Assembly: GCA_050248855.1 (NCBI GenBank)
Contig: JBFWRP010000019.1
Coordinates: forward strand, 21,611-85,610
DNA length: 64,000 nucleotides
Source of the DNA: Planctomycetota bacterium
Lineage (GTDB): Bacteria; Planctomycetota; PLA2; JAEUHO01
Direction of reading: 5' to 3'
Numbering within the stretch: the stretch's first letter is position 1; every line of letters begins with the position of its first letter. Under the pieces are notes generated by a model, which was not told the DNA's origin, made no database searches, and worked only from the letters and a program-made list of their open reading frames with translations. A program made the position numbers and the translations under genes. This document shows positions 50,077 through 58,644 of this stretch, piece by piece.

Positions 50077-50796
50077 ATGAACGCACGCACGATGGCGACG
50101 GCGCTCGTCGTCGCAAGCCTCCTGACCCTGATGACTGCCTGCGGCACAGGGTCCGGAGGCACGACCGCTCCCCCGACGCCCGAGTTCGATGCCGCCGACT
50201 TCGGCGCGAGCTCCGCCGACGTCGACAATCCGTACTTCCCCCTGCTCGTGGGGTCGATCGCCGTGTTCGAGGGCAACACCGACGAGGGCTTCGAGCACAT
50301 CGAAGTGGAAGTCCTGGACCAGACCAAGACGATCCTTGGCGTCGCCTGTCGAGTCGTGCACGACGTCGTCGAGATCGACGGCGAGGTCGTCGAGGACACC
50401 TACGACTGGTACGCCCAGGACCTGGAGGGCAACGTCTGGTACATGGGCGAGGACTCGAGCGAGATCGAAGATGGCGTCGTCGTCAGCAAGGAAGGCTCGT
50501 GGGAGGCCGGGGTCGACGGCGCCCTGCCCGGCTACCAGATGCCGGCCGTGTTGGTCGTCGGCGACGAGTACTACCAGGAGTGGTACGAGGACGAGGCCGA
50601 GGACAAGGCGAAGGTCATCTCCACGTCGGTGACCGTGATGCTGGCCGGTGGCGCGACCTACATGAACTGCCTGCAGTCGCAGGAGTGGAACCCGCTCGAA
50701 CCGGACAGCGACGAGTACAAGTACTTCGCTCCGGGCGTCGGGCTGGTCAAGGAGACGGGCCTGGACGGGTCCGAGCCCATCGAGCGGGTGCCCTGA
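50077..50796 (+). CDS. Acidic lipoprotein of unknown function (paralog of 53044-53736)
   Basis: RBS AAGGAG, lipobox MTAC, and NPYFPL / DWYAQD..GNVWY.GE / YFAPGVGLV motifs. Confidence 0.8.
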   Translation: MNARTMATALVVASLLTLMTACGTGSGGTTAPPTPEFDAADFGASSADVDNPYFPLLVGSIAVFEGNTDEGFEHIEVEVLDQTKTILGVACRVVHDVVEIDGEVVEDTYDWYAQDLEGNVWYMGEDSSEIEDGVVVSKEGSWEAGVDGALPGYQMPAVLVVGDEYYQEWYEDEAEDKAKVISTSVTVMLAGGATYMNCLQSQEWNPLEPDSDEYKYFAPGVGLVKETGLDGSEPIERVP

Positions 50797-50894
50797 CTCG
50801 CCCCCGGCCCGAACCGGGTAGGCTCGTCCCAAGGTGATCCGAAGGTTGCCCTCCGACTCTCGTTCGGGAGCCGGAGGGCCCTCTCGAGGCGCTG

Positions 50895-51560
50895 ATGAAG
50901 ATCTTGGTCATCGAGGACAGCGAGCGGCTGCGTCGCTCGCTCGAGCACGGGCTCAAGCGGTCCGGCTTCACCGTCGACCTCGCGGGCGATGGCGAGGCCG
51001 GTCTGGCCCATGCGCGGCTGGGGACCTACGACGTGATCGTCCTGGACCTCATGCTGCCGCTCATGGACGGCCTCACGGTGCTCCGCAAGCTGCGCGACGG
51101 CCGCGACGACACCCACGTGCTCATCCTCTCGGCGCTCGATCAGGTGCAGGAGCGCATCGAGGGCCTCCGGCTGGGGGCCGACGACTACCTGACCAAGCCC
51201 TTCGACTTCGACGAGCTGGTCGCGCGCCTCCGGGCCCTCGTGCGCCGTCGCTACGGCACCAAGAACCCCGTGCACGAGGTGGGCGAGCTCAGGCTGGACA
51301 CGGCCCGCCGCGTGGTGACGGTCCATGGCGAGCCGGTCGATCTCACGCCGAACGAGTACGCGATCCTCGAGTACCTCCTGGCGCGGCGAGGACGCGTCGT
51401 GTCCAAGCGCGAGCTCGTCGACCATCTGTACGCTCCCTCCGGAGGCGGTTCGGAGAACGCCATCGAGGTCTTCATCCACCAGCTGCGCAAGAAGGTGAAG
51501 GACGCGGCGCCCGAGGGCGTCGTGACCACCCGGCGCGGGCATGGCTACGTCGTGGAGTAG
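50895..51560 (+). CDS. OmpR-family response regulator
   Basis: ILVIED, LDLMLP..DG, GADDYLTKPF motifs and wHTH ending RRGHGY. Confidence 0.95.
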   Translation: MKILVIEDSERLRRSLEHGLKRSGFTVDLAGDGEAGLAHARLGTYDVIVLDLMLPLMDGLTVLRKLRDGRDDTHVLILSALDQVQERIEGLRLGADDYLTKPFDFDELVARLRALVRRRYGTKNPVHEVGELRLDTARRVVTVHGEPVDLTPNEYAILEYLLARRGRVVSKRELVDHLYAPSGGGSENAIEVFIHQLRKKVKDAAPEGVVTTRRGHGYVVE

Positions 51561-51564
51561 GGCC

Positions 51565-53013
51565 GTGCCCTCGATTCGTCGCCGGCTCCTGCTGACCCTG
51601 CTCCCTGGCTTTGCCCTGCTCGTGGCGGCCACCGTGCTGGTCGTGGACGCCTTCCTGGTGAAGGCCGCGACGGCGGAGTTCGACGACGCCTTGCTCGGGC
51701 GGGCACGCGCCATCGTGGCGCTGACCGAGCAGGAGGACGGGCACATCGAGCTGGACTACGTACCGTCGCAGATGCCCGAGTTCGAGCGCGAGGAGAGGCC
51801 CGACCACTTCGAGATCTGGCTCGATGACGGGACGCCGCTCTACCGATCTGGACGCCTGCTCGGGGATTTGCCGCGCCGGGCAGGTCCCGCCGAGGAGGCG
51901 TGGAGTTTCGAAGGCCCCGATGGTCGCCGCTTGCGCGGCGTCGAGCTGCGCTGGACACCGGCCCTTGCGCAGCCCGATCCCGGCGACGAGGAGCCCGAGG
52001 AGCTTGCGACCGCGCCTGCCGAGCAGCGTTCGCTGGTGCTGGTTCTCGCGCGTGGGAGCGAGCGGCTGGATGGGCTCCTGGCCACCATGCGCTTGGCGCT
52101 CGTGCTGGGCGGCCTTGCGCTCGTGCTCGTGGCCGGGCTGTGGTCGTGGCGGGTGGTCGCTCGGGGGCTGAGGCCCTTGGACCGTGTCGCCGCGCGCGTG
52201 CGTCGCGTGGATGCGGACGCTCTGCACGCCAAGCTGTTGGGGCCCGAGACGCCACGCGAGCTCGTCCCGCTCGTATCCCAGCTCGATGACCTCGTCCGTC
52301 GTCTGGGCGAGTCGTTCGCCCGTGAGCGGAGGTTCGCGGGCAACCTGGCCCACGAGCTGAGGACTCCGCTCGCCGAGCTGCGATCGCTCGCCAGCGTCGG
52401 AGCCCGGTGGCCGGAAGACACGGAGTCCGTGCGGCGCTACTTCGGGGATGTCGGCGACGTTGCGGCGCGCATGGAGAAGCTGATCACCGACTTGCTCCTG
52501 CTGGCGCGTTGCCATGCAGGCGTCGAGGGCATTCATCTGGAGCCCACGCAGGTCGAGGCGTTGATCGCTGCAGCGTGGCAGCCCCTGGGGAGCACGGCGC
52601 GCGAACGCGATCTCACGTTTGCGCTCGACGTCCCGCCGGACCTGGTGGTGGCTTCGGATGCCGGCAAGCTCCAGATCCTGTTTGCCAACTTGCTTGGGAA
52701 CGCCGTCCACCACGCCCGCCCGCACAGCGAGATCCGCTGCACGGCCCGGCGCTGGGCCGGCCACTTCGAGATCGAACTCGTGAACGAGGCCGAAGGGCTC
52801 ACGGACGAGGACGTGGAGCGGGTCACCGAGCCCTTCTGGCAGAAGGACGCCGCGCGCAGCGCCCCGGGACATCTGGGCCTGGGCCTGTCGTTGGTCTCCG
52901 CGGTGGCGGGGCTCCTGGGTCTGGACGTGCGGTTCGGGCGGGATGCCACGGGACGCTTCCGGGCCCGCCTGGCCGGACCGCTCGAAGCCGTTCCGAAGGT
53001 CGCCCAAAGGTAG
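51565..53013 (+). CDS. Sensor histidine kinase (2 TM, HAMP)
   Basis: AHELRTPL H-box, NLLGNA N-box, EPFWQ and GLGLSLV motifs. Confidence 0.93.
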   Translation: MPSIRRRLLLTLLPGFALLVAATVLVVDAFLVKAATAEFDDALLGRARAIVALTEQEDGHIELDYVPSQMPEFEREERPDHFEIWLDDGTPLYRSGRLLGDLPRRAGPAEEAWSFEGPDGRRLRGVELRWTPALAQPDPGDEEPEELATAPAEQRSLVLVLARGSERLDGLLATMRLALVLGGLALVLVAGLWSWRVVARGLRPLDRVAARVRRVDADALHAKLLGPETPRELVPLVSQLDDLVRRLGESFARERRFAGNLAHELRTPLAELRSLASVGARWPEDTESVRRYFGDVGDVAARMEKLITDLLLLARCHAGVEGIHLEPTQVEALIAAAWQPLGSTARERDLTFALDVPPDLVVASDAGKLQILFANLLGNAVHHARPHSEIRCTARRWAGHFEIELVNEAEGLTDEDVERVTEPFWQKDAARSAPGHLGLGLSLVSAVAGLLGLDVRFGRDATGRFRARLAGPLEAVPKVAQR

Positions 53014-53043
53014 ATGGGCTAGCCTTTCCATCCGGAGGCTCCC

Positions 53044-53736
53044 ATGCGCCTGACTGCGTTCCTCCCCGTGTTCCTGCTTGTTGCCGCTTGCGGCGGTGGG
53101 GGCGCTTCACCCGACCTCGTGCCGCCGCCCGAGCAGTTCGTGCCCGAGATCACCCACGGCTGGTTCCCGCTGGCCAAGGGCAGCCACCGCACGTACCTGG
53201 GGACCGACGACGGCGTCGAGCGCCGCGAAGAAGAGGAGACGCTGCTGGACGGTCGGGTGCTCCGCCGCGTGGCCTGCACCGGCGTCTACCAAGAGATCTA
53301 CGACGCGGGTGAGCTCGTCGAGACCACGACCGAGTGGTTCGCCGAGGACAACCGCGGCAATGTGTGGAAGTTCGGCGAGGAGTCCTTCGAGGTCATCGCG
53401 GGTACGCCGTTCCGCACGGCGGACTCGTGGTTGGCGGGCGAGGATCCGGTCGTGCCCTTCATCGCATTCCCGGCGTCGGCGCGGGTCGGAGACGTGTACG
53501 AGACCCATCACGTCGACGGCACGGACACCTTCGTCGTCGCGGCCACCGATGCCTTCGTGAGCACCCCTGCAGGTGACTTCCCGGGCTGCTTGGAGCTCCA
53601 CGAGAACCCGGAAGATCTCGAGGACGCCGACATCATCCTGTACGCCCCCGGGCTCGGTCGTGTGGCCGAGACCAGCACGGGCGGTCACATCGAGCTTGTT
53701 GCCTACACCGCCGGACCTCCTGTTCCGGGTCCGTAG
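53044..53736 (+). CDS. Acidic lipoprotein of unknown function (paralog of 50077-50796)
   Basis: Lipobox VAAC, HGWFPL, EWFAED..GNVWKFGE and YAPGLGRV motifs. Confidence 0.8.
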   Translation: MRLTAFLPVFLLVAACGGGGASPDLVPPPEQFVPEITHGWFPLAKGSHRTYLGTDDGVERREEEETLLDGRVLRRVACTGVYQEIYDAGELVETTTEWFAEDNRGNVWKFGEESFEVIAGTPFRTADSWLAGEDPVVPFIAFPASARVGDVYETHHVDGTDTFVVAATDAFVSTPAGDFPGCLELHENPEDLEDADIILYAPGLGRVAETSTGGHIELVAYTAGPPVPGP

Positions 53737-53761
53737 GCCATGTCCCCTTGGGAGGTTTTCC

Positions 53762-54169
53762 ATGTCCACGCGGTACTTGCTTCTTGCGTCCCTGCTCGCC
53801 TCCGGCGTGCTGCTCACCCTGGCGCTTCCGTTCCCAGCCGCCGCCAGCGACGACGATGGTCTGGACGCCAAGGCGGCAAAGCTGGCCCCCCTGGTTCGTG
53901 ACGCCAAGGTCGCGCTTCGTGACGCCCTGACGACGGCCGAGAAGCAGGTGCCGGGCGGCAAGGTCGTCTCCGCCGAGCTCGAGTTCGACGACGACAAGCT
54001 CATGTACGAAGTATGGCTCCTCGTCCCCGGCGAGCATCCCAAGCTGGTCGAAGTCGAGATCTGCGCCAAGACCGGCACCGTCCTTGCCGACGACGATCAG
54101 GACGACGGCGACGATGATGACGACGACGAGGATGACGGTGACGACGACGACAAGGGCGGCGATCGCTAG
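53762..54169 (+). CDS. PepSY-domain exported protein with poly-Asp tail
   Basis: RBS GGAGG, signal peptide, and AL..A...VPGGKVVSAELE....YEV...EVEICAKTG.VL motif. Confidence 0.85.
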   Translation: MSTRYLLLASLLASGVLLTLALPFPAAASDDDGLDAKAAKLAPLVRDAKVALRDALTTAEKQVPGGKVVSAELEFDDDKLMYEVWLLVPGEHPKLVEVEICAKTGTVLADDDQDDGDDDDDDEDDGDDDDKGGDR

Positions 54170-54744
54170 TTGAACACCTGGCCCAGGTCGTAGTGCGTCA
54201 GGCAGCGCGCGAGCAGGAAGCGCTCGCGCGCCGACAATGCCTTCGTAGGGAGCCGCACGGGCTCGTCCTCGCCGATCACGCGCAAGAGCATGCGGTCGGG
54301 TCCGTGGTCCAGCAGGCAGCCGACCTTGTCGCGGGGGATGTGGCGCACGTCGCGCGCGCTCGGCCCGCGGAGATCGATGCCCGCCTCGGTGATCCGGATC
54401 ACGGGATGGCGGAAGGTCAAGATGGTCAGCCCGTACATGGCCGCCAAGGTCGACCACGTTGTCCAGCCGAGGGGCGTTGCGGCGGAGCTTCTCGTGGTCA
54501 GCCCATACACACGGATGAGCAAGAAGAAGCCGATGATCACAAGGAAGAGGTACGTCCTGGGGTTTCGCCCGCTCGCGCCCAGCTCCAGAGGCAGCGGTAC
54601 CGGGCCGAGCTCTTGGTACAGGGCAGCCCGCTCCTGCGCCCCTGCAGGCGCAAGCACGGCGGGCTGCCGCTGGCTCCGCCGCGATCGCCGCACCGCGCTC
54701 ACCAGCTCTTGATGTCGAGCTCGCCGACGCCGCATGGGCACCAT
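54166..54744 (-). CDS. Array gene 7: 2-TM plus PH-like protein (paralog of 58645-59229)
   Basis: RHPVIRITE...HGPDRM...ERFLLARCLTHYDL matches gene 1. Confidence 0.7.
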   Translation of the reverse strand: MVPMRRRRARHQELVSAVRRSRRSQRQPAVLAPAGAQERAALYQELGPVPLPLELGASGRNPRTYLFLVIIGFFLLIRVYGLTTRSSAATPLGWTTWSTLAAMYGLTILTFRHPVIRITEAGIDLRGPSARDVRHIPRDKVGCLLDHGPDRMLLRVIGEDEPVRLPTKALSARERFLLARCLTHYDLGQVFN

Positions 54745-54765
54745 GTTACGCGCTTGGCGTGTCGC

Positions 54766-55650
54766 TCACGCGAACACCTCGGCCACGGCCTGGTCGAGCA
54801 CGGTGGCTTCCAGGCGCGCGAACGTGAGAGCGCTGATCTGCAGGGAGGTCTCCACGCGCGGCTCGTTCCTGCGCAGGATGAGGAGGCCGCGCGAGTCGCC
54901 GAGGCGGATGTCGTCGATCTCCGTGAACGACACGTACTCGGGCTTGCGGCGGAACGCCTGCCGCACCTCGAGCCCCATGGGAGCCACCCGGATGTGCGCA
55001 GTATGTCGCGTGTACAAGAGCAGGAGGAGACCGGCTGCCACGAGCGTGATCAAGCGAGCTTCCGAGCCCGTGGCCAGGTAGCCGATCACGACCAGACTCC
55101 CGATCATCAAGAGCCCGAGCGCGCCCCACGTGAGCGGACCCTTCTCGGGGCGCACGACGCTGCCAACGGGAAGCAGGGGAGGGAGCTCCGCGCCGGGGGG
55201 GAGGCCGTCGACACGCCGCACCAGCCGGTGGCCCAGGTAGCGCTGCAGGACGGCTCGCATGCGCTCACGCCGGCTCTGCTCGTAGCGCGAAACGCGCAGC
55301 TTGAAGCTGCGGACCGGACGCCCGGCGTGGACCGTCAACGCGTCGGTCCGCGGGTCCCACGAGACCTTCTCGATCTCCTTCCACGTCAGCGGATGGCCAT
55401 CGTTCCAGCGGGGGCGTTGGATCCCGAGTGCGTCGATCCGGACGTGAGGGCCCCGGCGCAGGGCCCATGCGACCAACGACAGCGATGCGACCAGCATGGC
55501 CAACGGGCCGCCCAGGCGGGAGACCCCGAAGAGCGCCGCAACGGATCCCATGCTCCCCATGGCCCCGACGAACAACCCCCCCAGCCGCACCGCCACGGAG
55601 TGACCGCGCTCGGGGTCCCACGCCACGAAGACGGCCGGTGCCTCGCTCAC
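54766..55650 (-). CDS. Array gene 6: tandem (2-TM plus PH-like) x2 membrane protein
   Basis: GTG start in GTGA overlap, RIDALGI...W..I..V.WDPR motif, ends EVFA. Confidence 0.72.
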   Translation of the reverse strand: MSEAPAVFVAWDPERGHSVAVRLGGLFVGAMGSMGSVAALFGVSRLGGPLAMLVASLSLVAWALRRGPHVRIDALGIQRPRWNDGHPLTWKEIEKVSWDPRTDALTVHAGRPVRSFKLRVSRYEQSRRERMRAVLQRYLGHRLVRRVDGLPPGAELPPLLPVGSVVRPEKGPLTWGALGLLMIGSLVVIGYLATGSEARLITLVAAGLLLLLYTRHTAHIRVAPMGLEVRQAFRRKPEYVSFTEIDDIRLGDSRGLLILRRNEPRVETSLQISALTFARLEATVLDQAVAEVFA

Positions 55651-55655
55651 GCGAA
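55552..55655. repeat. 104-bp direct repeat, copy 1
   Basis: Identical to 56741-56844 at 102 of 104 positions by manual alignment. Confidence 0.92.
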
Positions 55656-56552
55656 GGGCTGCTCGATGGCGCGCAGCTGGACCGTGCGTTCGAGGCGTGC
55701 GAACTGCATGGGGTCGAGGCAGACGCGCGTGGCAACGGCGCGGCCCGTACCCAGGAGGAGCCTCACGTAACCCGACCGCGCATACACGCCGCCGCGCAGG
55801 TCGATGATCTGATGCCACGGGACGGTTGACGGGCCCCATCGCCACAACGACCTCACGACCAGTCCCGCCTCCCGTACGTCGACGCGCGCCACGAACCACG
55901 CCCGCACCACGGATCCGAAGACCACGAGCAGGGCGGCGCCAGGCGAGATCAGGCCAAGTCCAAGCATCTCGCCGGACACCCAGGCCCCCGTGCCGCCTAC
56001 CAGCGCGATGGCCAAGAAACCCACGACACCTGCCTCGGTCACGAGCCGCTCCCCATTCTCGAGCGCCGTCACCTGGAGGGTGGGATCAAGTCCTACGACG
56101 CGGCGCTCCACGCGCTCGTCACCCTGGTCGTGCAGGGCGCCACGGAATGCGAGCAGGTCTTCGCTGCCGAGGCGCGTGGTCTGAAGCTGCAGCGGCTTGT
56201 CGACGAGCTCGGTGTCGAGTGCAAGGTGCTCCGTCCTCGGATCCCAGAGGATGTGGCGTACGGATGTCCAGGGAATCCGCCGCGGCCACAGGAGCTTGCG
56301 GCGCCTGAGCGCCACGGCGTCGATGCGCATGGCTGAGACGGGCAGCAGGGCGGCGATGGCGCCTCCGATTCCCCAGGCCAAGGCCATCATGCCCAACATG
56401 CGTGGGAACTCGTCGATGGGCAGCTCGGTCGTGATGAGCCACGCCCACGCTCCGAAGCAGAAGCTCCCCGCGGTCAGGTTCGCCCACCGGCGGGCGGGTG
56501 TGTACGCGCCTTCGGGGTCGGGCCCGTCGTAGGTCGTCAGGCCTTCGGTCAT
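55647..56552 (-). CDS. Array gene 5: tandem (2-TM plus PH-like) x2 membrane protein
   Basis: ATGA overlap start, RIDAVAL...IPW..V..I.WDPR motif, ends FARL...QPFA. Confidence 0.72.
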   Translation of the reverse strand: MTEGLTTYDGPDPEGAYTPARRWANLTAGSFCFGAWAWLITTELPIDEFPRMLGMMALAWGIGGAIAALLPVSAMRIDAVALRRRKLLWPRRIPWTSVRHILWDPRTEHLALDTELVDKPLQLQTTRLGSEDLLAFRGALHDQGDERVERRVVGLDPTLQVTALENGERLVTEAGVVGFLAIALVGGTGAWVSGEMLGLGLISPGAALLVVFGSVVRAWFVARVDVREAGLVVRSLWRWGPSTVPWHQIIDLRGGVYARSGYVRLLLGTGRAVATRVCLDPMQFARLERTVQLRAIEQPFA

Positions 56553-56839
56553 GCGAAGACAGCCTCGACGCCGTGCTGGCGAAGCTTGGCCTGCAGGCGA
56601 GTGAAGTGGCCGGGTGCAAGAGCAACGGACGTACGCACGGTATCTGCCCTGTGCCGGCGCACGTCTAGGTAGGTGTCTGCGCCACCCTCGATCCCGGCGA
56701 TCTCGCCCCAGGGCACGCTTTGGGGTGCGCGGCGGTACAGGCTCCCCACGGCCCCGACGAACAACCCCCCCAGCCGCACCGCCACGGAGTGACCGCGCTC
56801 CGGGTCCCACGCCACGAAGACGGCCGGTGCCTCGCTCAC
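56549..56839 (-). pseudogene. Array gene 4: 96-aa chimeric/internally deleted member, still in frame
   Basis: The first 33 aa match gene 6's N-terminus (32/33 identical). The remainder resembles gene 2's C-terminus (VPWGEI.G..GG...PGHFTRLQA.LRQHGVEAVFA). Confidence 0.75.
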
Positions 56840-56844
56840 GCGAA
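56741..56844. repeat. 104-bp direct repeat, copy 2
   Basis: See 55552-55655. Confidence 0.92.
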
Positions 56845-57681
56845 CACGGCCTCGGCCGTCCGGTCGTGCAGGGCAGCGCGCAGCGCGAAGAAGTCCCCCC
56901 GGTCCACGACGACGCCCGTCTTGTGCCAAGCCCCCGCGTGGTCCCGAAGGCGCAAGGGGCGCGCCTCGACGCCCCCGTGGATCGAGGCCACGTCGCGCCA
57001 GGCGAAGGTCCGCCACGCGGGCAGCGGCCACCGGCGCACGTGGATGCCCTCGGCATCCACGCGCAAGGCGCGGAACCAGAAGCGAGGCAGCACGATCGCC
57101 GCGACGACGACGGCCACGACCACCAGCTTGAGCAGGCCGAGGATCGCTCCCAGCAGGATCGCCCCGAACGCAATGCTGATCAACAGGACGTAGGCCAGGA
57201 GCATGCCGGGGTGGATGCCCAGGCGCGTCCACGGCAGCGCGTGGGTCGTGGTGGTTGGCCTGGCGGGCGCCGAGCCACCGGACTCCACCAGCAGATCGTG
57301 CTCGTTCCACACGTGGACGGCCGTGCGCGCGTCCTCGAACGACAGCTGTTGGAGCGGCAGCGGCAGGGCACCCTCGGCGTGCTTGCCGTAGATGCTGGCC
57401 TCCTCCGAGTGCGGGTCCAGCTCGATGAACTCGATCTCGTTCCAGTCCGCTTGGTAGGAGGCGAACCCGAAGCGCCAGCGCATGCCGTCGGGGCCCAGCT
57501 CGAGGCGGAACGACGTGAGGCGCGCCACGAGAGGCACCAGCAGCCACGCGGCGTCGAACAGCAGGTTGGTGAACGAGTTCGGTCGGCGCAGCGACGTGTA
57601 GATCACGAAGGCCGCAAGAGCTGCGTAGAGGAGCAGGAACAGGCTTCCGTACACCGGCAGGAGGGGCGGGCGCAGCACCAT
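56836..57681 (-). CDS. Array gene 3: tandem (2-TM plus PH-like) x2 membrane protein
   Basis: LELGPDGM...W.EI..I.LDP and LRVDAEGI...FAW.DV motifs, ends EAVFA. Start tentative. Confidence 0.72.
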   Translation of the reverse strand: MVLRPPLLPVYGSLFLLLYAALAAFVIYTSLRRPNSFTNLLFDAAWLLVPLVARLTSFRLELGPDGMRWRFGFASYQADWNEIEFIELDPHSEEASIYGKHAEGALPLPLQQLSFEDARTAVHVWNEHDLLVESGGSAPARPTTTTHALPWTRLGIHPGMLLAYVLLISIAFGAILLGAILGLLKLVVVAVVVAAIVLPRFWFRALRVDAEGIHVRRWPLPAWRTFAWRDVASIHGGVEARPLRLRDHAGAWHKTGVVVDRGDFFALRAALHDRTAEAVFA

Positions 57682-57718
57682 GCGCCGTGCTTCGCCGGTG
57701 TCTGCAGCGGTCCGGCGC

Positions 57719-58609
57719 CTACGCAAAGACGGCCTCCACGCCGTGCTGCCGTAGCGTGGCTTGCAGCCGGGTGAAGTGGCCGGGAGAGACGTGGACGAGT
57801 GTAGGTACGGGCTCGTCACGGTGGCGGCGAACCGTCAGCGAGCCCGTGCCGCCTCCATCGAACCCGGAGATCTCGCCCCACGGAACGCACTGTGTCCGGA
57901 TCCGCCAGATGCGCCAGACCTCAAGGCCCTCTGCGTGGATGCGAACGCGTGAGGACCAGCTCCAGCGCGCCATCCATGCGAGCGCCGCGATGCTGGCCAC
58001 GTGGGCCCATGCGTAATGGCGCAGGCCGTACCAGATCCACCACGCGAGGGAGAGGGCCAACAGGGAGACGCACGCCCATGTCATGCGTGAGACTTCGGGC
58101 CTGAGGGTCGATCCCGCTGGCCACGGCAGCGCGTCCTCGTCCGTCGCTTGGCTTCCCTCGACATGCTCGTGCAAGCCGTCCGTCGCGTGCGCAGCCGCGA
58201 CTGCGATGGCCCTTGGGAGCTCTTCGCCGTCGTAGCTCCGTAGCTGGAGCGCGAGTGCGCGAGGGTGCCTTGCCGCCCAGAAGACGAGCTCACGCATCCT
58301 CGGGTCGTAGCGGACCTCCGTGACGACTTCCCAGGGAAGCAGGCGCGGCCAGCTCCTGACGCGGCGATGGATGCCCGAGGCGTCGATGCGGAGCGTGCGC
58401 CTCCATCCGCGCAGCGCGAGGGCCTGCTCGAGTAGGGTCATGCACACGAAGCCGGTGGCGAGCTCCCACTCTCCCCCACCCCAGACGAGCGCCGCGTACC
58501 CGAGCGACCCCGCCGCCCACATCGCGGCGACCCGGCGCAGGGCCGGCGACGCGAATCGGGGATCCCAGGCTTCGAAGACGGGACCGGTGGTGTCTTCCCG
58601 CTCGCCCAT
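57719..58609 (-). CDS. Array gene 2: tandem (2-TM plus PH-like) x2 membrane protein
   Basis: VFEAWDP N-terminus like gene 6, LRIDASGI...LPW..V..V.YDPR motif, ends EAVFA. Confidence 0.72.
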   Translation of the reverse strand: MGEREDTTGPVFEAWDPRFASPALRRVAAMWAAGSLGYAALVWGGGEWELATGFVCMTLLEQALALRGWRRTLRIDASGIHRRVRSWPRLLPWEVVTEVRYDPRMRELVFWAARHPRALALQLRSYDGEELPRAIAVAAAHATDGLHEHVEGSQATDEDALPWPAGSTLRPEVSRMTWACVSLLALSLAWWIWYGLRHYAWAHVASIAALAWMARWSWSSRVRIHAEGLEVWRIWRIRTQCVPWGEISGFDGGGTGSLTVRRHRDEPVPTLVHVSPGHFTRLQATLRQHGVEAVFA

Positions 58610-58644
58610 GGCGGGCAGCGTAGCCGGGCGGGGGGCTTGGAGGG

